Positions 35,500 to 46,228 of a DNA stretch of 64,000 nt are shown in pieces. A program made the position numbers and the translations under genes. How positions within the stretch are numbered: the stretch's first letter is position 1; every line of letters begins with the position of its first letter. Source of the stretch: a virus; the IMG/VR virus record IMGVR_UViG_3300021085_002380; one strand, written 5' to 3'. A model generated the notes under the pieces. It saw only the letters and a program-made list of their open reading frames with translations, searched no databases and had not been told where the DNA came from.

Positions 35500-36783
35500 A
35501 TGATGCTACAATCAACTCCACCAGAAATTCTAAGACGAGTTAATTACGTTACTAAACGCGATGGTACTACTGAATCTTATGATGAGAATAAAATTAGTAC
35601 TGCCGTATCTAAAGCTATGAAAACCGTTGGTATGCGAAGTAGAATGCTTCCTGGTGAAGTTGCGTTAGAAGTTACAGATTTGTTGAACCGAGATGATGAA
35701 GCAGACATTCAAGTTGATGTTGATGCCGTGCACCAAAAGGTAGAAAATGTAATTATGGATATGGGATTACACGATCTTGCTCGTGAATATATTTTATTCC
35801 GTTATAATAACCAACCAAACATTTTTCGTAAAAGAACAAGTTTAAAACCATACGAGTATCCACAGGTAGTTGAATTTACTGACGCTATTCGCCATTCGTA
35901 TTGGGTACATACTGAGTTTAATTATTCCTCAGATATTCAAGATATGAAAGTACGTATGACACCCGAGGAAGTTGATATTGTAAAGAAAGCAATGTTGGCT
36001 ATTTCTCAAATTGAAGTTGCGGTTAAAACGTTTTGGTCAAAAATCGGTGATAAGTTTCCAAAGCCAGAAGTACAGGCAGTTGGTGTAACCTTTGGCGAGT
36101 CTGAAGTACGTCACGCCGACGCTTATTCAAATCTTATTGAGATTATGGGACTTAACGAAGAGTTTGCAAAGATTGTAGAAGTACCTGCCATGAAAAAGCG
36201 TATTGCTTATCTTGAGCAGTCAATTGCTGCACCGGTTGATGATAAAGATTATTTCCATAAAATTATTCTATTCTCTATGTTTGTTGAAAACGTATCACTG
36301 TTTAGTCAGTTCCTAATTATGATGGCATTTAATAAACACAAGAATGTATTAAAAGGTATTTCCAACGCCGTAGAGGCAACATCAAAAGAAGAAGATATCC
36401 ATGCTCGTTTCGGATTTGAGCTTGTAAACATTATCCGTGAAGAAAACCCAGAGTGGTTTGATAAAGAAAGTATTAACGAAGTGAATAGACTTTGCCGCGA
36501 TGCCTTCAAGGCTGAGTCTGCTATCGTCGATTGGATCTATGGTGAATCTGACCTAGACTTTTTGCCGAAAGCAACTGTTAAAGAATTCCTAAAACATCGT
36601 TTCAATCAATCATTAACAGCTATAGATATGAAGCCTTTATATGAGGTAGATCAAGAGGCGGTAAAAAGTACCGACTGGTTCGTTGAAGAAATTTTGAGTA
36701 CAAAGAATGTTGACTTCTTTGTTAAACGTAGTACAGCATATTCTAAAAAGACCAAAGCATTCACCGAAGACGATCTATTTTAA
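35500..36783 (+). CDS. nrdB: Ribonucleotide reductase beta subunit with N-terminal ATP-cone
   Basis: VTKRDG...KI..AV.KAM ATP-cone; ESEVRH, EEDIH, DFF. Confidence 0.92.
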   Translation: MMLQSTPPEILRRVNYVTKRDGTTESYDENKISTAVSKAMKTVGMRSRMLPGEVALEVTDLLNRDDEADIQVDVDAVHQKVENVIMDMGLHDLAREYILFRYNNQPNIFRKRTSLKPYEYPQVVEFTDAIRHSYWVHTEFNYSSDIQDMKVRMTPEEVDIVKKAMLAISQIEVAVKTFWSKIGDKFPKPEVQAVGVTFGESEVRHADAYSNLIEIMGLNEEFAKIVEVPAMKKRIAYLEQSIAAPVDDKDYFHKIILFSMFVENVSLFSQFLIMMAFNKHKNVLKGISNAVEATSKEEDIHARFGFELVNIIREENPEWFDKESINEVNRLCRDAFKAESAIVDWIYGESDLDFLPKATVKEFLKHRFNQSLTAIDMKPLYEVDQEAVKSTDWFVEEILSTKNVDFFVKRSTAYSKKTKAFTEDDLF

Positions 36784-36795
36784 TAAGGAAAAAAC

Positions 36796-38454
36796 ATGAA
36801 AGATTTTTATTGGTTAAACGAGGACTCTCGTACATTTTTGTCGCGCGGCTATCTTAGCGAAGGTGAAACCCCTGAAAGCCGTATCCGTGATATTGCAAAC
36901 AAAGCAGAAGAATATTTAAACGAGCCAGGATTTGCGGACAAGTTTTATGAGTATATGGCTCGTGGCTTTTATTCGTTAGCATCTCCTGTTTGGGCTAATT
37001 ACGGTAAAGAACGAGGTTTACCTGTATCTTGCTTTGGTTCATACATTGATGATAGCATGCAAGCTATCTTGTTTGGTCATGCTGAAAACGGTATGCTAAT
37101 GAAAAACGGTGGTGGTACGTCAGGTTACTTTGGTAATATCCGTCATCGTGGCGCTCCTATTCGAGACTCAGGCGAGTCCTCAGGCTCAGTACACTTTATG
37201 CAAATGTATGATACACTTGCGTCTGTTGTATCACAAGGTTCTGTTCGCCGCGGTTTCTTTGCTGCATATCAAGACATTGAACATCCTGATGCTGATGAGT
37301 TTTTGGACATTGGTACAGAAGGCAATCCTATTCAAGGTCTAACAACTGGTATTACTGTTAGTGATAAATTCATTGAAGAAATGAAAGCAGGGGATCCTGA
37401 AAAGCGCCGCTTGTGGGCAAAGGTTCTACAACGTCGTTCTGAAGTTGGGTTTCCTTATATCCTATATTCCGATAATGTAAATAACGGAAGACCGCAAGTC
37501 TATAAAGACAAAGATATGAGAGTTTATGCTTCAAACATGTGTGCTGAAATTGCGTTACCATCCAGCCACGAAGAAACATTTACATGTGTACTTTCTTCTA
37601 TTAACGTATTGCATTGGGATCAAATTAAAGATACTGACGCGATTGAAACAATGACAAAATTCCTTGATACTGTTTGTGAAGAATTTATTATTAAAACAGA
37701 AGGCCAAATCTATTTAAAACGAGCGCGTGACTTTGCTATGAACCACCGCGCCCTTGGTGTTGGTATTCTTGGATGGCATTCGTTACTTCAATCAAAAATG
37801 ATGGCCTTTGAAGGTTCAGCTGCGTCAAAATTGAATTTAGAAATTGCACAAACATTACGTGAAAGATCCCACGCGGCGTCTGCTGAGTTAGCAAAAACTT
37901 TAGGCGAGCCACCTTTACTAAAAGGTTATGGAATGCGTAATACTACAACGATGGCAATTGCTCCTACTAAATCATCGAGCTTTATTCTTGGGCAAGTATC
38001 ACAATCAATTGAGCCTGAGTTCAGCAACTGTTATGTTAAAGATCTGGCCAAAATGAAAGTTACAATCAAAAATCCATATCTACAAAAACTCCTTGAAGAT
38101 AAAGGTGCAGATACCGTAGAAACGTGGGATAGTATTAAAGCAAGAGATGGATCTGTGCAACACCTTGTAGAATTGCTGGATGAAAATGAACGAGCCGTAT
38201 TCAAAACGTTTTCAGAAATTAATCCAAACGCAATTATTGACCAAGCCGCAATTCGTCAAGAATACATTGACCAATCGCAAAGTCTAAACCTAATGTTAGA
38301 TCCTGATATGTCAGTTAAAGAAATCAATCAAATGTATCTATATGCGTGGGAAATGGGTGTAAAGAGTTTGTACTACAGTTATTCAATGTCTGCAGCGCAA
38401 TCACTTACTCGAAAGCGTGTAATGTTAGAAGGTTGTGCAGCCTGCGAAGCTTAA
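36796..38454 (+). CDS. nrdA: Ribonucleotide reductase alpha subunit (no ATP-cone)
   Basis: [23 protein letters not shown]-terminal CAAC. Confidence 0.95.
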   Translation: MKDFYWLNEDSRTFLSRGYLSEGETPESRIRDIANKAEEYLNEPGFADKFYEYMARGFYSLASPVWANYGKERGLPVSCFGSYIDDSMQAILFGHAENGMLMKNGGGTSGYFGNIRHRGAPIRDSGESSGSVHFMQMYDTLASVVSQGSVRRGFFAAYQDIEHPDADEFLDIGTEGNPIQGLTTGITVSDKFIEEMKAGDPEKRRLWAKVLQRRSEVGFPYILYSDNVNNGRPQVYKDKDMRVYASNMCAEIALPSSHEETFTCVLSSINVLHWDQIKDTDAIETMTKFLDTVCEEFIIKTEGQIYLKRARDFAMNHRALGVGILGWHSLLQSKMMAFEGSAASKLNLEIAQTLRERSHAASAELAKTLGEPPLLKGYGMRNTTTMAIAPTKSSSFILGQVSQSIEPEFSNCYVKDLAKMKVTIKNPYLQKLLEDKGADTVETWDSIKARDGSVQHLVELLDENERAVFKTFSEINPNAIIDQAAIRQEYIDQSQSLNLMLDPDMSVKEINQMYLYAWEMGVKSLYYSYSMSAAQSLTRKRVMLEGCAACEA

Positions 38455-38455
38455 T

Positions 38456-39649
38456 ATGAAACATTTGCACTATTTTAAAAATACAGTCGATAGTTATAGA
38501 GAAGATGGTCGTTATAGAGTTTTTAATGATATCATAAGAGAACGTGGTAACTTTCCAAAAGCAATTTGGTATGGCAAATACGCTCCTAAGAATATTGTTA
38601 ATTGGTGCTCAAACGACTATCTTGGTATGGGTCAAAACGAATATGTTATTGACGCTATGCACACGGCTTTAGACCAAACAGGATCAGGATCCGGCGGTAC
38701 ACGCAATATTGGCGGAACCTCGCAATACCATGTTACATTAGAAAGAGAACTTGCGTCGCTTCATAAAAAGGAGTCAGCACTTCTTTTCTCGTCCGCATAT
38801 GTTGCAAACGAATGGGCTATTATTTCTTTAAGTAGAATTATACCAAACATATGTTTTATTTCTGACAACAAAAATCATGCGTCTATTATTATGGGCGTTA
38901 AGCACAGCCGTGCTGATAAAATGATTTTTCATCATAACGATATGGCAGATCTCGAGGAAGCATTAACTATTGCAACAGAAAGTGGACAAGTACCTTGTAT
39001 ACTATTTGAGTCTGTGTATTCTATGGATGGCGATGTTGCTCTTATTGAACAGATATTGGACTTAGCGGATAAATATAACGCAATTACGTATATTGACGAA
39101 GTACATGCCGTTGGTTTATACGGCGAACAAGGTGGAGGTTATTGCGAGCACCTTGGTTTAGAAGACAGGGTAGATATTATTAATGGTACACTTGGAAAAG
39201 CATTCGGAGTTCAAGGCGGGTATATTAGTGGGAATCGTACTGTCATTGACGCTATTAGGTCCGTGGCTTCTGGGTTCATCTTTACAACAAGTATATCGCC
39301 CGCCGTGTGCGCCGGAGCAATTGCCTCAATCAAATTTCTCAAAGATCATACAGGCTTGCGATCCAAACATCAACAACGAGCAACAAAACTGAAACAATTG
39401 TTGAGCGAAGCTAATATACCAGTTCATGACTCGTGTTGCACGCATATCGTTCCTGTAATGGTTAATGATGCGTTTAAGTGCAAAGACGCCAGTGATCGTT
39501 TGTTGAATGAGTATGGAATTTATATTCAAGCAATTAATTCGCCAACCGTTAATGCTGGTACTGAAAGATTACGAATTGCGCCAACGCCGTATCACAATGA
39601 CGTGATGATGGTAGAGTTGGTAGAAGCATTGAAAGAAGTGCTTAAATGA
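38456..39649 (+). CDS. hemA: 5-aminolevulinate synthase
   Basis: [43 protein letters not shown]. Confidence 0.95.
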   Translation: MKHLHYFKNTVDSYREDGRYRVFNDIIRERGNFPKAIWYGKYAPKNIVNWCSNDYLGMGQNEYVIDAMHTALDQTGSGSGGTRNIGGTSQYHVTLERELASLHKKESALLFSSAYVANEWAIISLSRIIPNICFISDNKNHASIIMGVKHSRADKMIFHHNDMADLEEALTIATESGQVPCILFESVYSMDGDVALIEQILDLADKYNAITYIDEVHAVGLYGEQGGGYCEHLGLEDRVDIINGTLGKAFGVQGGYISGNRTVIDAIRSVASGFIFTTSISPAVCAGAIASIKFLKDHTGLRSKHQQRATKLKQLLSEANIPVHDSCCTHIVPVMVNDAFKCKDASDRLLNEYGIYIQAINSPTVNAGTERLRIAPTPYHNDVMMVELVEALKEVLK

Positions 39650-39744
39650 ACAATAATATGTTAACAGTCAAACTGATGTTATTTCTATGCGTGTTTTTAC
39701 ACGTTGTAGTAATACCAGTATGGATGTGGAGTTTAGGATTATGA
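39646..39744 (+). CDS. Small single-TM peptide (32 aa)
   Basis: ATGA overlap with hemA; [19 protein letters not shown]. Confidence 0.4.
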   Translation: MNNNMLTVKLMLFLCVFLHVVVIPVWMWSLGL

Positions 39745-39794
39745 ATCAACTTGAGTCTGCATTCTTTGGAAAACGACTGTGGAAGGAAAATAAA

Positions 39795-40214
39795 ATGAGT
39801 AAGATTAAAAAAGCCTTTTGGTTTTGTCTAGGAATTATTTTAGTAGGAGTAGCGTATCTCGGCGTATTACTACCTGGTCTACCTTGGTCAACACCAATTC
39901 TTGGCGCAACGTTTTGTTTCGCTAAATCAAGTGATAGATTGCATGCATGGATTATGAACCACCCAAGGTTTGGTCCATTTGTTAAAAACTGGTCAAAGTA
40001 CCGTGTATATCCAACCGCCGCTAAATGGCTGATGGTTGCAGTTATGTCCACGTCTTTGGCATTTATGTATTTTGGTACAGGTAATGAAAAAGCAACGCTT
40101 TACTTGTTTATTACATTCGCATTAATTGTTACATGGGCATGGCGTTATCCTGGCTCACAGGCTATTGCTGAAGATCGCATTGCTAAAGGCAAAAAGATCG
40201 GTTGGCTAAAGTAA
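39795..40214 (+). CDS. YbaN/DUF454 membrane protein
   Basis: LGVLLPGLP...CFAKSSDRLHAWIMNHPRFGP; start at 39795. Confidence 0.85.
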   Translation: MSKIKKAFWFCLGIILVGVAYLGVLLPGLPWSTPILGATFCFAKSSDRLHAWIMNHPRFGPFVKNWSKYRVYPTAAKWLMVAVMSTSLAFMYFGTGNEKATLYLFITFALIVTWAWRYPGSQAIAEDRIAKGKKIGWLK

Positions 40215-40256
40215 ATAAATAAACTTATATAATATGAATATGATGAAAGGTATATT

Positions 40257-41282
40257 ATGGCAAAACGTATTCTAATTACTGGTGGCGGTGGTTTTATTGC
40301 TCACCATTTAATTAATCAGGTACTCCTCCGAACAGACTGGGAAATTGTAACGCTTGATCGTTTAGATTATAGCGGTAATCTCAATCGCCTCCATGATTTA
40401 CTTCAGGAACGAACTCCTGCTGAGCGTAAACGTGTACGAACAATCTTCCACGACTTAAAGGCAGAAATCAACCCAATGCTCGAAGCAGACATTGGTCCTG
40501 TTGATATTATTGCTCACCTGGCAGCTGGTTCCCACGTAGATCGTTCTATTGAGCGTCCTATGGAATTTGTTATGGATAACGTAGTGGGTACGGCTAATCT
40601 TTTAGATTATGGTCGTCGGCAAGACAATCTTGAAAGGTTCTTATACTTTTCAACAGACGAAGTATTTGGACCTGCTCCGGATGGAATTAAGTATGACGAA
40701 TATGATCGTTATAATTGTACTAATCCATATTCAGCATCTAAGGCTGGAGCTGAGGAATTGGCTGTTGCATATCAAAATACTTATAATATGCCAATTTATA
40801 TTACTCACACTATGAATGTGTTTGGCCAACGTCAACATCCTGAAAAGTTTATTCCTATGACTATTCGGAATGTAAGAGATGGCGGTACTGTTACAATTCA
40901 TAGCGATGCAAGCAAAACAATACCAGGATCTCGTCATTACATTCACGCTGAAGATGTAGCTGACGCAACAATGTTTTTGCTAGAACACAATCGTACTTTA
41001 GATATGTCAAATAATAGTGGTATTAAATGTCCTAAGTTTAACATCTGCGGAGCAACCGAGCTTAACAATTTAGAACTCGCAAATCTTATTGCTGACGCAC
41101 AAGGAAAGGAACTTAAATATGAGTTTATGGATTTCCATTCTAGCCGTCCTGGCCATGATCTTCGTTATGCTCTTAGTGGTGATCGTATGGCGAATATGGG
41201 TTGGCGTCCGCAACCTGTTAGAGAAAGAATTGCTGAAGTGGTCCAGTGGACTTTAGATAACAGAAGGTGGCTTGACATATGA
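40257..41282 (+). CDS. NDP-sugar 4,6-dehydratase (RmlB-like)
   Basis: TGGGGFI, AAGSHVDRSI, STDEVFG, YSASK, RPGHDLRY. Confidence 0.9.
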   Translation: MAKRILITGGGGFIAHHLINQVLLRTDWEIVTLDRLDYSGNLNRLHDLLQERTPAERKRVRTIFHDLKAEINPMLEADIGPVDIIAHLAAGSHVDRSIERPMEFVMDNVVGTANLLDYGRRQDNLERFLYFSTDEVFGPAPDGIKYDEYDRYNCTNPYSASKAGAEELAVAYQNTYNMPIYITHTMNVFGQRQHPEKFIPMTIRNVRDGGTVTIHSDASKTIPGSRHYIHAEDVADATMFLLEHNRTLDMSNNSGIKCPKFNICGATELNNLELANLIADAQGKELKYEFMDFHSSRPGHDLRYALSGDRMANMGWRPQPVRERIAEVVQWTLDNRRWLDI

Positions 41283-41854
41283 ACTTTCAAACAATTATAA
41301 ACCAAACATACAATGAGTGGTCCGCTAAGCCCACTGATATTAATGAGCATCTTCCGATTTTAAAAGACTATGCTGAACACTGTAAACACGTAACTGAAAT
41401 GGGAGTTCGCCGTGGCGCGAGCTCTCGAGCATTCCTAACTTGCGATGTAGTGTTGCGGTCATATGACATTTACGAAGAACCAAGTGTTACTGAATTATTT
41501 GAAATGGCTCGTAAAGCAGGTAAGGATGTTGACTATATTATCAAAGATGTACTGCAAGTTAAAATTGAACCGACTGATATGCTGTTTATTGATACGTGGC
41601 ATTCACAGGCTCAACTAAGACAAGAACTTGCTATGCATGGTAATGTACCAACAAGATTCTTAGCATTTCATGATACTCATACATATGGTACTGTTGACGA
41701 AAGTATGGAGTGGGCGTCAAATCCAAACCGTAAAGCAATCAAAGGTCAAGGATTGCTTCCAGCCATTATTGAATTTATTATGGCAAATCCTCATTGGAAA
41801 TTTAGAGACCATAGAACAAACAATAACGGACTGACAGTATTAGAAAGATCATAA
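41279..41854 (+). CDS. Class I SAM-dependent methyltransferase
   Basis: EMGVRRGAS, DMLFIDTWH, FHDT. Confidence 0.75.
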   Translation: MNFQTIINQTYNEWSAKPTDINEHLPILKDYAEHCKHVTEMGVRRGASSRAFLTCDVVLRSYDIYEEPSVTELFEMARKAGKDVDYIIKDVLQVKIEPTDMLFIDTWHSQAQLRQELAMHGNVPTRFLAFHDTHTYGTVDESMEWASNPNRKAIKGQGLLPAIIEFIMANPHWKFRDHRTNNNGLTVLERS

Positions 41855-43423
41855 ATGAAAATTGTAGATTGCTTTCCATTTTTTGCTCCGACTAACGAAG
41901 AAATTCTGCAGCTTCGGGTTAATATGCTAAAAGATGTGGTTGATAACTTTATCATCGTTGAGTCTAATAAGACACACAGCGGTGCGCCTGTTGAAAGAAA
42001 GTTTCTTGAAATTGCAAGGAACCTTGGACTTCCTATGGAAAAAATCATTTACATTGAGCATGATATTCCTGACGATAATGATTTGGTTGTAATGCCAATT
42101 GACCAGCAAAATGCCGGTAAAAATAGTAGCATAGAATCTATACTGTGCCGTGTACGTGAGCGTCTGCAAAAAGATGCTGTTATGGAAGGTATGAAAGATT
42201 TTGACTCGGATGATGTTTTTATATATGGCGATGCAGACGAAATCGTAGATCCTAAAAACGTAAAGTGGTTAGCTGAACTCGTTCAACAAAATAGTAATCA
42301 CTCCATTCTTAAAATACCTTTAGTTTATTTACAAGGCAGAGCTGATTTAAGAGTATATCATAAATCGACAGGTGCCTTTAGAATTTGGCAACGAGCTATG
42401 TTTATGGCAACTAAACACCAGGTTAACAGGTCAGGTGGTATGTTAAACATTCGCTGTGGCAATATGCCATTTAAGCTACAGTTTGCAATGCACGGCGGAC
42501 AAATGATACAAGATCTTGGTTGGCATTTTGCATGGATGGGAACAAACTCTCAGCGTGAAACGAAAGCCAAATCTTTTGCACATGCTTTTGATAAACTTCA
42601 ATGGATGAAAACGCTAGATGGTTATAACGATGGAGCATATAAGAAATTTGTAAAGGATACACAACCAGTTGAAGGTGGACCTGCTCCTGACGGATTTGCA
42701 GACCACGTGTTGAAAAGATATCCACTTGCCAAACTTCCATCTATGCTTTTGCAAAATCAAAAGTTAAGAGATTTCTTTTTACCTGAAACAGACTTGTTTA
42801 AAGAATTCAAGTTTTCACCTTGCGAATGTTTTTGGTGCAATAAACTTTCATGGCCTTTATTATATGATCTTGACGGAAAACAAACTTGGTTTGAAGTGCC
42901 AAGAAGTTGTTCGGTTACAATTAAGGAAACGCATCCTGACCGAAAGCAAATCTTTAGAGATACAAAAGAATATAAAGCAGTCATAAAAAACAAAAAGGAT
43001 AAAGGTACACCTATAGTCGTATTCACAGATCCCGTTGAAAGGTTCGTTTCTTTAATCAATGTATACTTAACTGAAGGTCAAAGATATTACGATTACGGAA
43101 AGGATATTTTCAATTCATTTGGTAAAAACCTTGCTGAGTGTACTAAGCAAGAAAAGATAGACTTGTTCTTTAAAAATCTCCATAAAATATCAGGTGCGCA
43201 TCAAGTACATCATTTCCATCCTCAATGTATGTTTGTTGATACTAAAAACTTTAAAGAGTTTCAAGTTATTAATAAACACGAAGTCAATAACTTTTTTAAA
43301 ATAAACAAAGTACTAAACTTTACAGTAAAAGAAATCACCGCAGACGATTTCAGTAAAGACCAAATTGACTTTATTAAATGGATTTACATTTCAGATTACA
43401 ATTTCTTTGAAAAGCACGGCTGA
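41855..43423 (+). CDS. GT17-like glycosyltransferase fused to a degenerate sulfotransferase domain
   Basis: IVDCF..E...VES..THSG, GDADEI, GWHF; C-terminal EVPRSCSVT and TDPVERFVS. Confidence 0.75.
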   Translation: MKIVDCFPFFAPTNEEILQLRVNMLKDVVDNFIIVESNKTHSGAPVERKFLEIARNLGLPMEKIIYIEHDIPDDNDLVVMPIDQQNAGKNSSIESILCRVRERLQKDAVMEGMKDFDSDDVFIYGDADEIVDPKNVKWLAELVQQNSNHSILKIPLVYLQGRADLRVYHKSTGAFRIWQRAMFMATKHQVNRSGGMLNIRCGNMPFKLQFAMHGGQMIQDLGWHFAWMGTNSQRETKAKSFAHAFDKLQWMKTLDGYNDGAYKKFVKDTQPVEGGPAPDGFADHVLKRYPLAKLPSMLLQNQKLRDFFLPETDLFKEFKFSPCECFWCNKLSWPLLYDLDGKQTWFEVPRSCSVTIKETHPDRKQIFRDTKEYKAVIKNKKDKGTPIVVFTDPVERFVSLINVYLTEGQRYYDYGKDIFNSFGKNLAECTKQEKIDLFFKNLHKISGAHQVHHFHPQCMFVDTKNFKEFQVINKHEVNNFFKINKVLNFTVKEITADDFSKDQIDFIKWIYISDYNFFEKHG

Positions 43424-43665
43424 TGCGAGTCAAACCAAACGAAGCTGGAGTACATTACTTACAGCAAGAAATCAAACAACACAAAGTTGAAAAGGCAATG
43501 TTACGTAGCGATATTGACGGTTTGCGTGGACAAAACATGATGCTTATGGATACTCTTGATGCTTTGACTGAAGATGAAAGTTATTGGTCCAAAGAAGCAT
43601 TGCAAACCGGAATTGTGTTTAAACTTAAAAATGTTTTGAACCAAATAAGGCAAGATAGAAAATAA
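43423..43665 (+). CDS. Hypothetical coiled-coil protein
   Basis: Coupled ORF. Confidence 0.55.
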   Translation: MRVKPNEAGVHYLQQEIKQHKVEKAMLRSDIDGLRGQNMMLMDTLDALTEDESYWSKEALQTGIVFKLKNVLNQIRQDRK

Positions 43666-43668
43666 CCA

Positions 43669-43697
43669 TTGACATACTCAATAGAATCAGTTATATT
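43669..43697 (+). promoter_or_regulatory. Early promoter with GAATC in the spacer
   Basis: TTGACA-17-TATATT; AGAATCAG. Confidence 0.75.
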
Positions 43698-43727
43698 AGT
43701 AACTATAAATATAAATTGAGGCACACA

Positions 43728-44255
43728 ATGAAACTGAAACAAATTATCGCAGCAACAGTATCCGCAGCTTTGACAGGAACAGTAGTTATAGGATCTCTTA
43801 CACTACCTGTAATTGCGGCCGAACAAGAAAGACTATGGTCAGAACAAGAAGCTAACTGCTTGGCTTTAAACATATACTATGAATCACGTGGCAGCAACCT
43901 TGCGGATAAAGCTGGAGTTGCAGATGTAGTTTTAAATAGAAAGTACGATACACGTTATCCTAACACAATATGCGAAGTTGTCCAGCAAGGCATTAAAAAT
44001 GCAGACGGTTCAATGAAGCGTAATATGTGCCAGTTTAGCTGGTACTGCGACGGAAAATCTGATAACCCACAAGATCAGGATCGTTGGAATGAAGCTCAAA
44101 TGATTGCGTCACAATTACTTGAGTGGGGAAAATACCGTGGCATTACCGAAGGAGCCACTCATTATCATGCAACTTATGTAAGTCCGCGTTGGGCTAAAGA
44201 CCTTCAGCAGGTTGGCCGTCTTGGTGCTCATATCTTTTATCGTTGGGATCAGTAA
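43728..44255 (+). CDS. SleB-like cell wall hydrolase (Hydrolase_2)
   Basis: CLALNIYYESRG, VVLNR, CQFSWYCDG, HYHA, HIFY. Confidence 0.92.
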   Translation: MKLKQIIAATVSAALTGTVVIGSLTLPVIAAEQERLWSEQEANCLALNIYYESRGSNLADKAGVADVVLNRKYDTRYPNTICEVVQQGIKNADGSMKRNMCQFSWYCDGKSDNPQDQDRWNEAQMIASQLLEWGKYRGITEGATHYHATYVSPRWAKDLQQVGRLGAHIFYRWDQ

Positions 44256-44558
44256 ATGTTGTTAGATACTAAAGCACAAGGTTTTTTTGATAAAAATATT
44301 AATCTTATGGTTCCTTGGTATCTTATGGCTGCGTATGCATACTATAAAGAAGATGATCCAATATTGTCAGATCAGTTCTTTGATAATATGGCAAAAGTAA
44401 TGTATGACAAATGGAATGAAATAGAACATTTTCATAAACATTTAATCGGTCCTATGGATCTAATAGCGGGTACTTATCTCGGTGAATACCCTAATCGTGT
44501 GATAGACGGTTTGCACCACTTGCGACCGATAAATAAAAGAAGGAAACGTAAAAGATGA
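44256..44558 (+). CDS. Stand-alone LigA N-terminal (Ia)-like domain
   Basis: AYAYYKEDDPILSDQFFD. Confidence 0.6.
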   Translation: MLLDTKAQGFFDKNINLMVPWYLMAAYAYYKEDDPILSDQFFDNMAKVMYDKWNEIEHFHKHLIGPMDLIAGTYLGEYPNRVIDGLHHLRPINKRRKRKR

Positions 44559-44887
44559 GTGATGAACGATTTGCAATGGTAACCGTGGTTTCAACACACC
44601 GCATGAGATATGCAGTACCGATTTCTGACTTGCAAAAATTAAACCCAAATACAAAACTCGAAGGAAACGATAAAGAAGCTTTAACGTGGGTTGAAGAGTT
44701 GGTGATGGAAGAACGCGTTAAAGAATTCTCTCAAAAATGGTTGGGAGAACAAACCGTTGACAAAGTCGTGTTAACTCAAGAAGAAGTACTAAAGCTGTTT
44801 GATTCAGATAACGAATATTTAGCGGATTGGACAGTGGAACAAAAACTCAAGTCCCTCAATCGTTGGGAAGATGAAAGCGTAATGTAA
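44555..44887 (+). CDS. Hypothetical protein
   Basis: Coupled ORF. Confidence 0.6.
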   Translation: MSDERFAMVTVVSTHRMRYAVPISDLQKLNPNTKLEGNDKEALTWVEELVMEERVKEFSQKWLGEQTVDKVVLTQEEVLKLFDSDNEYLADWTVEQKLKSLNRWEDESVM

Positions 44888-45126
44888 TGCAACATACTAT
44901 TGAAGATTTAATTAGACGTATAGAAGTTATGAAAGACAAAGCTGTTATGGTTCACCGTCTTAGAAATCAATATAGTGACTTGGCAGAGCAAACATATGAT
45001 GCGCATACGTGCCGAGTTTTGATTGAAGACATACAATCACTTGCTCTGGGAATTGCCTACGATAAAGAAGGGACAGAAATAAAAACAGAAATGGAATACA
45101 AAAATGTTAAAGCAATGGAACCCTAG
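44887..45126 (+). CDS. Hypothetical protein
   Basis: Coupled ORF. Confidence 0.6.
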   Translation: MQHTIEDLIRRIEVMKDKAVMVHRLRNQYSDLAEQTYDAHTCRVLIEDIQSLALGIAYDKEGTEIKTEMEYKNVKAMEP

Positions 45127-45451
45127 CAGCTGGGTAATATTTAAAGTAAAAAACCACGAAACACCACACTATCGGTTATTATGTGGTTGGAACGAAGGTT
45201 ATGAGGCCGCAAAGGCAAAGACTGAATGGAAAATATCTGGAGGAATTTTGGAGTGTAGGGAATCAGAAGATGGATTGTCTTGGATATTTATGACAGCTAA
45301 ATCTGAATATGTGTGCGACAAATCATCTTATCAAGTTGAAAACCACGTTTACCATGTATGGCAAACAATGATAGACGATCCGGATAAAGATGTAGAACAA
45401 ATTGCTTATCGTGATTTGCAGGTTGAAAAAATGGAATGGCTTAAATTATGA
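45104..45451 (+). CDS. Hypothetical protein
   Basis: P..WV...GW..GY...W..S.GI pattern. Confidence 0.6.
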   Translation: MLKQWNPSSWVIFKVKNHETPHYRLLCGWNEGYEAAKAKTEWKISGGILECRESEDGLSWIFMTAKSEYVCDKSSYQVENHVYHVWQTMIDDPDKDVEQIAYRDLQVEKMEWLKL

Positions 45452-46227
45452 AAATTCAAATAGCAGGATACGGGTTTGTTGGAAAGGCTCACGCGTTTGC
45501 TCTTGCAGGTAAAAACGATAATGTAACTGTTTACGATCCTGCATTAGGATATACAAATTGGGATGAAAATACTGACTGCGTTATTATTGCAGTCAGTACA
45601 CCACAGCATGAAGATGATGGATCTTGTGATATGCGTAATGTGTATGGAGTTCTTGAAACATGCCCTGATGTTCCAATTTTAATTAAATCAACTATTAGTC
45701 TAGAAGGATGGGTCTCAATTGAAAATAATTTCCCTGATAAACAAATTACGTTTTCGCCAGAATACCTCAGAGCTAAGTATGCTGTTGAAGATTTTAAAAA
45801 GCAACAAGTAATACAGCTCGGCGGTGGTGACGTTGCATTCTGGGTAGATATATTAGGAAAAAGATTAGGCTGCAAATTAGAAGTAGCAGATCCTAAAGAA
45901 TTAATTTTAGCTAAATACTTTATCAATTCATTCCTGGCGACCAAGGTTTCGTTCTTTAATCAGATTTATGATTTGTGCGAAGCCGCAGGAGTTGATTATG
46001 CATTAGTATCTCACTTTGTAACGCAAGACCGCAGAATAGGAAAAAGCCATACGACTATTACGCGTGAACGTGGATTTGGTGGACATTGCTTTCCAAAAGA
46101 TACGAGCGCTATATGTAGGACAGGTGAGCGTTACGGAGAAAATATGTCTATTATTGAAGCTGCAAGAAAATACAATGAAAACCTAAAAGTGGATACATCA
46201 AACGTGATTAGTATTGTTAGGTCATAA
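45448..46227 (+). CDS. UDP-glucose/GDP-mannose dehydrogenase family protein (short form)
   Basis: GYGFVG, AVSTP, IKST, SPEYLR, GFGGHCFPKD. Confidence 0.9.
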   Translation: MKIQIAGYGFVGKAHAFALAGKNDNVTVYDPALGYTNWDENTDCVIIAVSTPQHEDDGSCDMRNVYGVLETCPDVPILIKSTISLEGWVSIENNFPDKQITFSPEYLRAKYAVEDFKKQQVIQLGGGDVAFWVDILGKRLGCKLEVADPKELILAKYFINSFLATKVSFFNQIYDLCEAAGVDYALVSHFVTQDRRIGKSHTTITRERGFGGHCFPKDTSAICRTGERYGENMSIIEAARKYNENLKVDTSNVISIVRS

Positions 46228-46228
46228 A

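Noticed and set aside
369-38454. Introns or inteins in gp43, gp41, thyX, nrdA/nrdB
   Set aside because: All are uninterrupted, of normal length, and lack intein or intron signatures.
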